This document shows positions 28,213 to 37,241 of a DNA stretch of 64,000 nt, in pieces. A program made the translations under genes and the position numbers. Positions within the stretch are counted from its first letter, which is position 1; each line of letters starts with the position of its first letter. Origin of the DNA: Planctomycetota bacterium (GTDB lineage Bacteria > Planctomycetota > UBA8742 > UBA2392); contig JADLAK010000012.1 in NCBI GenBank assembly GCA_020848275.1, forward strand, positions 37,301 to 101,300. Direction: 5' to 3'. Under the pieces are notes generated by a model. It worked only from the letters and a program-made list of their open reading frames with translations. It was not told the DNA's origin and ran no database searches.

Positions 28213-30243
28213 GTGAGCCTGCGATACAAGGCGCTTGTTGCGGTGTTGGCCCTCGTCGCCATGGTGACGGGCGGCCTTGGTTTCTACGTCAGCAACCTCT
28301 ACCGCGACTCTGAACGCGCGCGCATCCGCCGCGACCTCAAACGCGACGCGGACCAGCTTAACGCCGAGCTCGATACCTTCGCGCGCGTTACCGCCGCGAC
28401 GTTGAAAAATTCGGCGCGCTCCAGCGAAGTTGTGCGCCTGCTTGCCGATACCAGCATCGACCTGAAGCAGAATTTCGACCCGCTGGTTGCGGCGTGGCGC
28501 GTCCCGGCCAAAGCCGACGTCGCACTGACGACCGTGAACAGCTTCATCGCCGAGGACCGCAAGGCCAAGGTGATCCACAAGTATGGCGACCTTTCGGTGA
28601 TCGCCTTTGACGCGCCTGGCAAAGCCTTTGACGGCCGCCGCGAGACGTTGATGGCCGACGCCGCACTCGGGGCGTTCTTGAAGCGCTGCTACGCCCATGC
28701 CGAGGAAAAACCCAACGAGGAAGAGTCCCGGTCTTCGGTGATCGCGATTGCCGACTCGTGTTTTCTCGCCGTCGCCAGCCCTTTGTTCGAAAGCCTGCAA
28801 AACCACGAAGTCGCGGGCGTGGGCTGCGTGCTGATCGAGCTGTCCTCAAGCTGGGCGGTGCAGAACCACATGGGCGAAGGCAAGTTGGAGGCTGAGGACA
28901 ACGCCGTCCGCCAGCTTATCTACATTGCCGACCGGCTGACCGCCGAAACTCTCGGCAGCAAAGACGCCGCCGCAAAGGCGCTGGATGCGGCGCTGAAGTC
29001 CAGCGGCGAATTCGAAGTCATGCTGGAAGTCCACGGCCATCCTTCGGCTTACGTCGGTCGGTTGAATCCTTTTGTGCTGGCCGAAGACGGCCCGGGCGGC
29101 AAGCCGGCGTTCATCGCGCTGAAAAACCTCGACCGCGAGCTTGAGCCGCTTGCGGCGTTGCAGCGCAACGTGGGCCTGGGCGGACTTGCGCTGGGAGTCC
29201 TGGGCGCGGCGGTCGCCTATGCCGGCGCGTACATGGTCATCCGCAAGCTGCGCCGCCTGCAGGACGCGACACTCAAGGTGCGACAGGGCAACTTTAATAC
29301 GCGCATCCGCTTCAAGGGCCGCGACGAGCTCGGCTCGCTGGCGACAGCGTTCAACGACATGACCACGGGATTGAAGGCGCTGGGCGTGTACACAGACGAT
29401 GCGCTGGCCAAGAAGCTGATCGACGGGCCGGACCAGCTCGCCAGCGCGGGCCGCCGCGAGGAAGGCAGCATCCTGTTTTGCGACATCAAGGGCTTTACGC
29501 CGATCGCGGAAAAACTCGGCGCCGAGGACCTCGTGAACCAGCTCAACGAGCACTTCACGGTGATGGGCAAACACATCAAGGACAGCAAGGGTTACCTCGA
29601 CAAATTCATCGGCGACGCCGTGATGGCTTATTGGGGCCCGCCGTTTTTCCCGGACAAGGATTTCGCCAAGCGCGCCTGCAAGGCCGCGCTGCTGAGCCTG
29701 CGCGCCGAGGCCGAGTTGCGGCGTAAATGGCGCGAACAGGGCAAGCCCGAGTTTTTCCTGCGTATCGGCATCGGCACCGGCGACATCGTGATCGGCAACC
29801 TGGGCAGTGACACCAAGAAAAACTTCACCGTGATCGGCGACAGCGTGAACCTCGCCAGCCGGCTGGAGGGCGCCAACAAGTTTTATGGCACAGAAACCCT
29901 CGTGGACGAGCGCACCGCGGAACTCGCGGGCTCCGAGTTCTTGCTGCGCGAAGTCGACCAGATCCGCGTGACCGGCAAACAGGTTGCCGTGCGCGTTTAC
30001 GAAATGATGGGAGTTGCCGCGGAGACGAGTTCGTCGGCGCTGCCGCGCTGCATCGGTTACGGCAAGGCGCTGAAGCTGTACCGCAACCGTGAGTTCGCCG
30101 CGGCTGCCGAACAATTGAAGGCATTGCTGGCGCGCGAGCCCGCGGACGGGCCCGCGAAGTGGCTGCTGGGCGTGTGCGAGAAATTCATGGTCCATCCACC
30201 CGATGCGGACTGGGACGGCGTGACGATCGCAACCGAGAAATAA
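28213..30243 (+). CDS. Membrane-bound class III adenylate/guanylate cyclase with periplasmic sensor region and HAMP domain.
   Basis: N-terminal TM. Second TM followed by HAMP (QGNFNTRIRFKGRDELGSLATAFNDMTTGLKA). Cyclase homology domain (ILFCDIKGFTPIAEKLG...FIGDAVMAYWGPP...GIGTGDIVIGNLGS...TVIGDSVNLASRLEG). Confidence 0.8.
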   Translation: MSLRYKALVAVLALVAMVTGGLGFYVSNLYRDSERARIRRDLKRDADQLNAELDTFARVTAATLKNSARSSEVVRLLADTSIDLKQNFDPLVAAWRVPAKADVALTTVNSFIAEDRKAKVIHKYGDLSVIAFDAPGKAFDGRRETLMADAALGAFLKRCYAHAEEKPNEEESRSSVIAIADSCFLAVASPLFESLQNHEVAGVGCVLIELSSSWAVQNHMGEGKLEAEDNAVRQLIYIADRLTAETLGSKDAAAKALDAALKSSGEFEVMLEVHGHPSAYVGRLNPFVLAEDGPGGKPAFIALKNLDRELEPLAALQRNVGLGGLALGVLGAAVAYAGAYMVIRKLRRLQDATLKVRQGNFNTRIRFKGRDELGSLATAFNDMTTGLKALGVYTDDALAKKLIDGPDQLASAGRREEGSILFCDIKGFTPIAEKLGAEDLVNQLNEHFTVMGKHIKDSKGYLDKFIGDAVMAYWGPPFFPDKDFAKRACKAALLSLRAEAELRRKWREQGKPEFFLRIGIGTGDIVIGNLGSDTKKNFTVIGDSVNLASRLEGANKFYGTETLVDERTAELAGSEFLLREVDQIRVTGKQVAVRVYEMMGVAAETSSSALPRCIGYGKALKLYRNREFAAAAEQLKALLAREPADGPAKWLLGVCEKFMVHPPDADWDGVTIATEK

Positions 30244-30315
30244 GCCAGATGCCGCTGCGGCAGCGGCGGGTGTTGTTAAAAACACCCATCGCTTCCGCAA
30301 GGGGCTCTGGTTTTC

Positions 30316-31029
30316 TTAATCGGCGTATTTCGGCCAACTGGTGATGTCGTCGCCGCGGCCGTAGTCATTTTTCTTGTTCGGGCCGAAGCTCCAGATCACG
30401 TAACCGACGGGATAGCTTCCCGTGGTCGGGTGGTGCAGCATCTCGGCACACTTGTTCGGGTCGAGTTCGACGGTGCTGCCGTCCTGCAACTGGATGACGT
30501 CCTCGACGATGCCGTTGCGCACGTCGTTGATGTCCAGATAGATGTACGGCGTGCCCCAGGGATCGACCAGTTCGAAGAACGCCTGCGCGCCGTCAAGGTC
30601 GAGTTTGTCGTCCGCAAAAGTGTCGCCGTCGTAGTTGGTGCGGACGGTGTCGTCCATGAACAACTGGTTGTCGAGGTAGGGCCCGCCCTTGACGCGCGCG
30701 CGCAGCGCAACCACCAGCGCTTCAATGCCGCGATTGACGCGGTTTTGCTCGGCTATCGTCGGCGAGTTCGCCAATACGCCAAGCCGCCCGGCGTCACCAG
30801 GCGGGTAAACCGCCCAGCGCGTTTGCCAACTGTCGACATTGGCCTGCAGGCCGCGGATGACGGCTTCGCACTTGGCTTTGTCACTCTTGCTGATCGCCGG
30901 GATAATCGCGACGACAAGGATGCCCGCCAGCAGCGCGATAATCGCGATCACCACCATGATCTCGATCAGGGTAAAACCGCCTGAGCGCGGAGAACGGAGT
31001 GAGGAGAGCGGAGTAGTTTTGTCAGCCAT
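30316..31029 (-). CDS. Prepilin-type N-terminal cleavage/methylation domain protein (type II secretion/type IV pilus pseudopilin-like).
   Basis: GFTLIEIMVVIAIIALLAGIL class III signal peptide motif. The ORF may start upstream at 31086. Confidence 0.8.
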   Translation of the reverse strand: MADKTTPLSSLRSPRSGGFTLIEIMVVIAIIALLAGILVVAIIPAISKSDKAKCEAVIRGLQANVDSWQTRWAVYPPGDAGRLGVLANSPTIAEQNRVNRGIEALVVALRARVKGGPYLDNQLFMDDTVRTNYDGDTFADDKLDLDGAQAFFELVDPWGTPYIYLDINDVRNGIVEDVIQLQDGSTVELDPNKCAEMLHHPTTGSYPVGYVIWSFGPNKKNDYGRGDDITSWPKYAD

Positions 31030-31072
31030 ACGATTCTCTGTTCCAGCCCTAGCCCTAAAACCAACCCTGCCG

Positions 31073-34024
31073 CTACCCGCCCTCAATGTTGTTCAGGTTG
31101 CTGTCGAACACGAACTCGGCCCGTTCCACCTGCACCGAGCCCTTGACGCCCGTCAGCGCGCGCGCGAAGAAGCCGCAATCGAGCGCGATGCCCTCGGAAT
31201 CAAGGTCGGCGTTGTTCAGCACGTCCTGGTCGGCAATGAGCAGCACTACCTGCGCGCCGTTGATGATCGCGACCATTTCAAAGGCGCTGCCCTCTTTGTT
31301 GGCCCGCCGGCGCAGGCCCAGCGTCAGCCGTTCGGTCGCGCCGATGGGCCCGTTGTACGCCGCAATGTCCACCAAACCGCCCTCAATGAATTTCTCGGGC
31401 TGCGCCTCGTTGTCGAGCTGGAACTTGCGGACCTCCCAATAAATGCGGCCCGCCGGGTCGACGCCCAGCATGATGGTGCTTTCCGGCGCCCAGCCAGCCA
31501 CGCCGGTGTTATTGGACAGCCGCGTCAGGTGGATGCCGCGGTGGAAGCCCGCGTCGCCGCGCGCAACGAACTCGGCCTTGAAAGTGCTCAGGGTCGAATG
31601 CTTCTTGCGCACGGCGAGGCGCGAGATGGCCTTGCCGTCGCGCTGGTCGACGCCCAGCACAAGTTTGCCGCCGACGATTTTGGTGGCGTCGCGGAAGCCG
31701 ACGTCGGGCTTGGGCGGTTTGCGGATTTCCCAGACGCCGTAGTAGTCGGGCGTGCTGTCCTGGGCGAATTCCTCGCGCTCGACGCGCTGGCGTTCGTTTT
31801 CGCGAATCGCGCGCAGCCAGTCGCGCGCATAGGCCAGCGCGAGCGACGTGCGGTAATCCGAGAGGCTCGCCGGGTCGGCGAAGTACGCCATTGCGTCGGA
31901 GCCCGCGATGATCGCCACATGCTCTTCAAGCGCGCGGCGCGCGGCGCCGTAATCGCCCAGGGAATAGTTCGCAAAGGCGTTGACGTTCAGGCATTCCGGC
32001 GAGGGCGCGAGCGCGATTTGTTCGGGCGTACGCGTGCGCCCCGCGCCCTGCGAGGCGAAATCTTTAAGCGCGCGTATCAGCGTGTTCGAGATATCACGGG
32101 CGCGGGACAGGTAGGTGCGCCGGACCTCCAGCGCGTCGGCGCGCACGGCAATGGTCGCCGGGGCAAGGTCCGCAAGCTGGATATAGAGATTGGCCACGGC
32201 AAGCTGCACGCGCGGCTGCTGGGGCTGGATTTCCAGCGCGGCGGTAAAGAACGCGGCGGCTTCCTTGAGGCGCGGCACCAGCTCGGCGGCGATATCGACG
32301 GATTCGCCCGACGCGCGGCGCGCCAGCAGGTCGCCACGAAGCTTGTCGGCTTCGAGCACCGAAATTTCAGCCAGCATTACCAGCGCGGGGTGGAAGCGCG
32401 GGGCGAATTTGATGCAGCGCGTGAGGTGGTCCTTGGCGACGGCAAGCACGCCCGCCTTGAATTGCAGGTCGGCGATGGCGTAGTTGAGGCGTTCGTCGCG
32501 GGGGTTGACCTCGAGCCCGCGGGCAAAGGTCGCCAATGCCGCCGGGAAGTTGCCCAGGTTGCGCCGCAGGCGGCCCTCGGCCAGGTAGGGCTCGGCCGAA
32601 AGCGGGTCAACGGCCTTGGCGGCCTCGAGCATCGCCAGCGATTGCTGGTTGGCCTCGGGCGGCGTCTGGCCCGCGGGCACGACCATGCGGAACTGCTGGT
32701 CGCATTGCACGTAGATCACCAGCGCGCGCGCCATCAGCGGGTTGAGTTCGTAAACCACCGAGCCCCCGGGCTGGCTGCTGGCCGCGGCGAGCTTCTTGGC
32801 GGTGTTCATCACGGTCAGAGGTTCAAGGCGTTCGCGGGCCTTCTGCGGGTCGTCGGCCTCGCCGCGATGCAGCAGCATGGCGGCAAACAGCACCTGGCCG
32901 TTTTCGTAGAACTTGCTGGTATTCGGGATCTTGTTGAGCGTCGTGAGCGCCGCGGGAAAATTGCGCTGCGTGAAGTGCGTCTCGGCCAGGAGCAAATAGG
33001 CGCGCGCGATGTCCTCGGCCTTGGCGCCGGCGAATTCAGGAAACGGCGGGTCGGTGTCGGCGGCGGTGGACTCAAGGGCCGAAATCAGCGCCGTGAGGTC
33101 GGTTTTAGCCTCGTCGTAACGTTTGAGCTCAACCAGGCAGTAGGCGTGGAGGTAGCGCGCCTCGCCGTAAACCTCGGCCAGCTTGAGGTATTTTAAGGCC
33201 TCGCGGTGGAGCGACAGGCGCTTGACGTAGGCGCGGCCGATGCGCAGCGAAAAATCCTCGCGCTTGGGGCTGGCGACGCCGTTGTCGAGCGCGTCAAGGT
33301 AGACCGACAACTCGGCATCGAGGTTGTTGCGCGCGCTGTGGTAATTGGCCAGCGTCTCGTAAATCTCGGGGTTGGTGGGGTCCTTGTCGCGCACATAGAC
33401 GAACTGCGACTGGTAGAACTCGGCGAAGTCGTTGCGTTCCTCGGCGGAAAAGCCGTCCTTGGTTTCGCTCAGGTTGGCGATCAGTTCGCGGTGGGTTTCT
33501 TCCCAGCGAATCACGCCCTGGCGGCGCAGGTCGCCTTCCAGTTGCGAGACGTATTTGTTGTAGATGTCGACCCAGGTCTGGGGGTAGCCCTTGATGGTCA
33601 CTTTGTTCGCGGCCACGCGCAGGATGCGCCCGCGCGCCCCGGGGGGCGTGATGTCTTCAATCAGTTGTGACAGCGGCTGGCGCGGCTTGTAGGGCGTGAA
33701 CTCGAAGAACGCTCCATCGGCCTCGGGCGCCTTGCCCAAAAACTTGTCAAAGTTCTCGCGCCACTTGTCGGTGCGGTAACGTTTGGCCAGGCCCGTGCGC
33801 TGCCAGCGTTCGGTCGACAACTTCAGGTCGTTGGTGCGGTCGGCCACCAGGCGGCCCGCCTTGCGGATGGCCACGGGCAGGACTTCCCAGTCGCTGGTGG
33901 CGTCCTCAACGCGGATGATCAAGTTGCCACGCGGGACCTCGGCCATCGGGTCGGGCAGCGTGGCCTGCGCGGCAAGCGGCGTCGCGAGAGCGAAAACCAG
34001 GAGGATGAAGACGGTGCGTGCCAT
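31073..34024 (-). CDS. Large secreted TPR-repeat protein (983 aa).
   Basis: Signal peptide (MARTVFILLVFALATPLAAQA). Multiple TPR-like helical repeats. The start overlaps the stop of the upstream small gene (TAATG). Confidence 0.65.
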   Translation of the reverse strand: MARTVFILLVFALATPLAAQATLPDPMAEVPRGNLIIRVEDATSDWEVLPVAIRKAGRLVADRTNDLKLSTERWQRTGLAKRYRTDKWRENFDKFLGKAPEADGAFFEFTPYKPRQPLSQLIEDITPPGARGRILRVAANKVTIKGYPQTWVDIYNKYVSQLEGDLRRQGVIRWEETHRELIANLSETKDGFSAEERNDFAEFYQSQFVYVRDKDPTNPEIYETLANYHSARNNLDAELSVYLDALDNGVASPKREDFSLRIGRAYVKRLSLHREALKYLKLAEVYGEARYLHAYCLVELKRYDEAKTDLTALISALESTAADTDPPFPEFAGAKAEDIARAYLLLAETHFTQRNFPAALTTLNKIPNTSKFYENGQVLFAAMLLHRGEADDPQKARERLEPLTVMNTAKKLAAASSQPGGSVVYELNPLMARALVIYVQCDQQFRMVVPAGQTPPEANQQSLAMLEAAKAVDPLSAEPYLAEGRLRRNLGNFPAALATFARGLEVNPRDERLNYAIADLQFKAGVLAVAKDHLTRCIKFAPRFHPALVMLAEISVLEADKLRGDLLARRASGESVDIAAELVPRLKEAAAFFTAALEIQPQQPRVQLAVANLYIQLADLAPATIAVRADALEVRRTYLSRARDISNTLIRALKDFASQGAGRTRTPEQIALAPSPECLNVNAFANYSLGDYGAARRALEEHVAIIAGSDAMAYFADPASLSDYRTSLALAYARDWLRAIRENERQRVEREEFAQDSTPDYYGVWEIRKPPKPDVGFRDATKIVGGKLVLGVDQRDGKAISRLAVRKKHSTLSTFKAEFVARGDAGFHRGIHLTRLSNNTGVAGWAPESTIMLGVDPAGRIYWEVRKFQLDNEAQPEKFIEGGLVDIAAYNGPIGATERLTLGLRRRANKEGSAFEMVAIINGAQVVLLIADQDVLNNADLDSEGIALDCGFFARALTGVKGSVQVERAEFVFDSNLNNIEGG

Positions 34025-34530
34025 TATTTGTCCCCGTCCTTGAATTCGTTGGTCTCGGTGTGCGTGAGGATCACCTTGCGCTTGTCGCGGGGCACATAAC
34101 CGATGACGCGTTCGGGCTCGGGCGATGCGCCCGCGGGAATGTCGAAGTCGTTGAGCTGCGGGAAGCCGGGGAAGCCAAGCAGCAAGGGCGGCAGCTTCTC
34201 GAACGTCTCGGCGCCCAGTTGCCAGGCCGAACCCTTGGCCGGCTCGTAGACGCTGCGGTCGTGGAAAAACAGCGCGCTGACCTTGGCGTCGGGCACTTCC
34301 TTGATGGGCTGATTTTCAACCTCGCCGATCTGCTTGATGAGGCGGCCGGCTTCTTCGCTGGTAAGGCCCGCGGCGCTGGTGGTCTTGGCCTTGATTTCTT
34401 CGTCAATACGCGCGAGGTTGGCGCCGCCAAGGGGCGCCTGCATGACGACCAGCAGGATGACCAGCACAACAAAGCCGAACAGCAGCTTTTCTTTGTGTTC
34501 AGCCAGCTTGGCGAGGATGATTTCACCCAT
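34024..34530 (-). CDS. Small single-pass membrane protein (168 aa), hypothetical.
   Basis: TM helix FGFVVLVILLVVM. Located between the PilO-like and TPR genes in the same orientation. Confidence 0.45.
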   Translation of the reverse strand: MGEIILAKLAEHKEKLLFGFVVLVILLVVMQAPLGGANLARIDEEIKAKTTSAAGLTSEEAGRLIKQIGEVENQPIKEVPDAKVSALFFHDRSVYEPAKGSAWQLGAETFEKLPPLLLGFPGFPQLNDFDIPAGASPEPERVIGYVPRDKRKVILTHTETNEFKDGDK

Positions 34531-34553
34531 AAATTGCCTTCAATCCGTGCTGC

Positions 34554-35495
34554 TTACCTGAACTTGCGCGGTTGGCCCGCCTGGTTGTCTTCCCTGCTGG
34601 TCTTCACGCTGCCCGGCAACGGCGCTTCCTCGTTGATGGAGTAAGCCACCACCGTGATCTCGGCGTTAAGCATGTCGTCGCTGGGCGAAAGCACGTCGGG
34701 CTTGCTGAGGCTCATGCCCTCGACGGCAAAGAAACGGTTGCGCGTGTCGCCCTTGAGCGGCCGTTGCAGGTCGATCAGGAAGTTGTAGATCGCCTCCTCG
34801 GCGCCGCGCACGGAGATTTTCAGCATCCGCGGCTTGAGGTAGGGCGGATAGTCGGCCTTGTTGGCGTCTTTGCCCGCGCTTTGGACGGGCAGCCCTCGCG
34901 CGGACAAGTCCTGCTTGGCCTTGGCGTCGATGAACTCGAGTTTGCGCAGCGACGGGATGCCGACACGCTGCGTCGACGCCGCAACCACGCGCACCATGTC
35001 AAGGCGCGCGAGATAATCTGCGATCTGGTCGCGGTCCATCTTGTCGACGGCGCGGGCGGTGAAGCCCAGGGCGTTGCTGTCGGTGGTCGCGATCGTCACG
35101 TTGGGCTGATAACTCAGGTCGCGCAGGAGTTCCTGGCGCTTTTTCTGGTAGTAGGCGACCATGTCCTCGACCGTCGCCTCGGGCGGCAGCGACGCCAGCG
35201 TGTACTGGCTTTCCGTCTCCCAGCGCAATTGCGCGTTGCGGCGTTTTTCGATTTCCTGTACTTGCACGGTCTGCGCCGCAATCGTCACGCCCTGGCTGGT
35301 TGCGGGACGGCCTTCGTACTTCTTGGAGTCGTCGAACAAGAGGCGATAGTGCGCCGCCATGCGGCCCTGCACCGACTTCTGCACCGTGCCCACAGCCTGG
35401 CCCTTGGCGCCGACTTCGTTGTAGCCGATGACCAGCAGCGTCCCGAGCACGACCAGCGTCGCAATGAACCGCCAATGTTTTTTCAGCACGTTCAT
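34554..35495 (-). CDS. PilO/GspM-like inner-membrane pilus or secretion-assembly component (313 aa).
   Basis: N-terminal TM (WRFIATLVVLGTLLVIG) and a periplasmic domain. 4-nt overlap with the upstream PilM/N gene. Assignment is by context. Confidence 0.4.
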   Translation of the reverse strand: MNVLKKHWRFIATLVVLGTLLVIGYNEVGAKGQAVGTVQKSVQGRMAAHYRLLFDDSKKYEGRPATSQGVTIAAQTVQVQEIEKRRNAQLRWETESQYTLASLPPEATVEDMVAYYQKKRQELLRDLSYQPNVTIATTDSNALGFTARAVDKMDRDQIADYLARLDMVRVVAASTQRVGIPSLRKLEFIDAKAKQDLSARGLPVQSAGKDANKADYPPYLKPRMLKISVRGAEEAIYNFLIDLQRPLKGDTRNRFFAVEGMSLSKPDVLSPSDDMLNAEITVVAYSINEEAPLPGSVKTSREDNQAGQPRKFR

Positions 35496-37162
35496 GGCCT
35501 GAACTCCCTCTCGAGCTTCAGCTTGATCGTGAATTCGATGTCGACGCCCGCGACCTGCGAGTTCTCCTTGGCTTCGCCGTGCACGACCTCCAGCACGCCC
35601 GGCATGTCCTTGATCAGCTTGCGCAGGTCAGGAATCACGTTCAGCGGGTCGGCGTTGCCGGTCTTCTGGATGAACAGCCTGAGCTTAAGCTCTGGCGGCG
35701 GCGGCAGTATCTTCGGGTCGTCGTTGTCCTTGCCTTCTTTCTTGGGATGTTTCAGGTCGGCGCTGTAGATGCGCACGGAATCCGGCCGCGTCGCCGAAAT
35801 TTCCATCAGCAGCCGCGTCGCAAGGTTGCCCGGCGCCGTCGCATACATCGAGGCGTCGGCCTTGCGCCGGGCCATGGTCAGCGCCTCCATGCGGCCGGGT
35901 ATCTGGTTGCTTGCGCCCTGGTAGCGGCCGACGATGCCCTGGTAGTTGCGCGAGTTGGCGTTGGCCTCGTCGGCGGCCTTGCGCGACAGCAGGAACACCG
36001 GCAGCAACACCGCCAGCACCAGCGCCGCCGCCATGTAAAGGAAGAGGCTCTTGTTCATGAACTCGCGGCGCCTGCGCACCGACGAGGGCAAAAACACGAT
36101 CTTGGGCGCATTGGCGTCAGCGCCGATTTTCGCCAACCCCATCGCCAGTGTCAGCGCGGGTCGGTAGTTCTCGACCGTCTGCTTGGCTTTTTCGTCGAGG
36201 TTGGCGAGGTCGACATCGTTGAGCGGGTTGAAAACTTCGACCGTCTTGCGCAGACGGTGCATCATCAGTTCGCGCAGGCCGGGAATGGCCGCGCCCGGGC
36301 CGCAGATCATAACGCGCGAAGCGTCAAGTTTCGGGTCGCTGTGCGCGCCCTTGGCCAGCATGATCACACTGTTAATCTGCTGGAAGAGTCGGCCCGCGGC
36401 CTCCTGCCCGCCCTCAACGCCGCGGTCGGACGCAATGTTGTCGGCGGCCACGCTGGGGCGCAGGTCGAGGTCGCGGAACAGCCGCGCGCGCACCTGGTCG
36501 CGTTCACCGCCGTATTCCGGCAGCAGGCGGTCGACGAAATCACGCACGCCGACCGAAAGCGTGCGCGCAAAAATCAACGAGCCTTCTTTCACGATGATGA
36601 CGTCGGTGACGTCATCGCCGATGTTGGCGACCAACAGCGTGCCCTCGTAGCTGACGTCGCCCGCGATCTGGTAGGCGTTGTAAAGCGCCGCGCAACCCGG
36701 CACGAGCGTAGTGAACGGGATGCCCGCCGCACGCAGGCTGTTGGCGTAGTGGTCGACAATGGCGTCGCGCGCCAGGCCAATGATGGCCGCGGGCTGGCCG
36801 TCAGGTGCGGCGCCGAGCATGTAATCGCCAAGGATGCCGCCCTGGCCGCCGCCGATTTCGTCGGCTTCGAGGCGCACCAGCGGTGCAATCGTCTTGGGGT
36901 TGGGGCTGCCGACGACCACGACGCGGTAGACGATGTCGCGGCCGGGAATGAGCGTGACGGGTTTGCCCGCGCGGAAGCCTTGCGAGCCAAGCGTTTGCCA
37001 GCTTGTGCCGATGGCGGCTTTCTGGTTGGTCTCGGGTTTTTCTTCGGTCCCGGGCGAAAAGCCCGGCAGCACCGCGACGTTGCGCAGTGCATAGCCCGCT
37101 CCCTTGCGGTCCAGTTGGACCAGCAATGAGAGCGCCGAAGAAATGTCGAGACCGTAGCTCAT
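35492..37162 (-). CDS. Fusion of a PilM-like actin-fold ATPase domain with a TM segment and a PilN-like C-terminal domain.
   Basis: N-terminal PilM/competence-A like blocks (LVANIGDDVTDVIIVKEGSLIFARTLSVG...). TM LFLYMAAALVLAVLLPVFLL at about residue 375, followed by a periplasmic tail. Confidence 0.6.
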   Translation of the reverse strand: MSYGLDISSALSLLVQLDRKGAGYALRNVAVLPGFSPGTEEKPETNQKAAIGTSWQTLGSQGFRAGKPVTLIPGRDIVYRVVVVGSPNPKTIAPLVRLEADEIGGGQGGILGDYMLGAAPDGQPAAIIGLARDAIVDHYANSLRAAGIPFTTLVPGCAALYNAYQIAGDVSYEGTLLVANIGDDVTDVIIVKEGSLIFARTLSVGVRDFVDRLLPEYGGERDQVRARLFRDLDLRPSVAADNIASDRGVEGGQEAAGRLFQQINSVIMLAKGAHSDPKLDASRVMICGPGAAIPGLRELMMHRLRKTVEVFNPLNDVDLANLDEKAKQTVENYRPALTLAMGLAKIGADANAPKIVFLPSSVRRRREFMNKSLFLYMAAALVLAVLLPVFLLSRKAADEANANSRNYQGIVGRYQGASNQIPGRMEALTMARRKADASMYATAPGNLATRLLMEISATRPDSVRIYSADLKHPKKEGKDNDDPKILPPPPELKLRLFIQKTGNADPLNVIPDLRKLIKDMPGVLEVVHGEAKENSQVAGVDIEFTIKLKLEREFRP

Positions 37163-37241
37163 AGGTTCGTGTCGCGTGTTACGCGCGTCGCGTGTCAGGC
37201 CTTTGACTCGGGACCCGTGACGCGAGACGCGCGACGATTGC

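Noticed and set aside
28105-28806. Upstream 234 codons of the 27703..28806 minus-strand ORF
   Set aside because: It overlaps the well-supported adenylate cyclase start on the plus strand and has artefact-like composition. Only the distal 133 codons (TM plus pilin-like core with its own ATG) are retained.
28846-30300. 484-aa minus-strand ORF opposite the adenylate cyclase
   Set aside because: Antisense artefact. The cyclase homology domain motifs are on the plus strand.
30839-33196. 785-aa plus-strand ORF opposite the TPR gene
   Set aside because: Low-complexity A/R/G/V-rich translation. The minus-strand product has signal peptide and TPR-like repeats.
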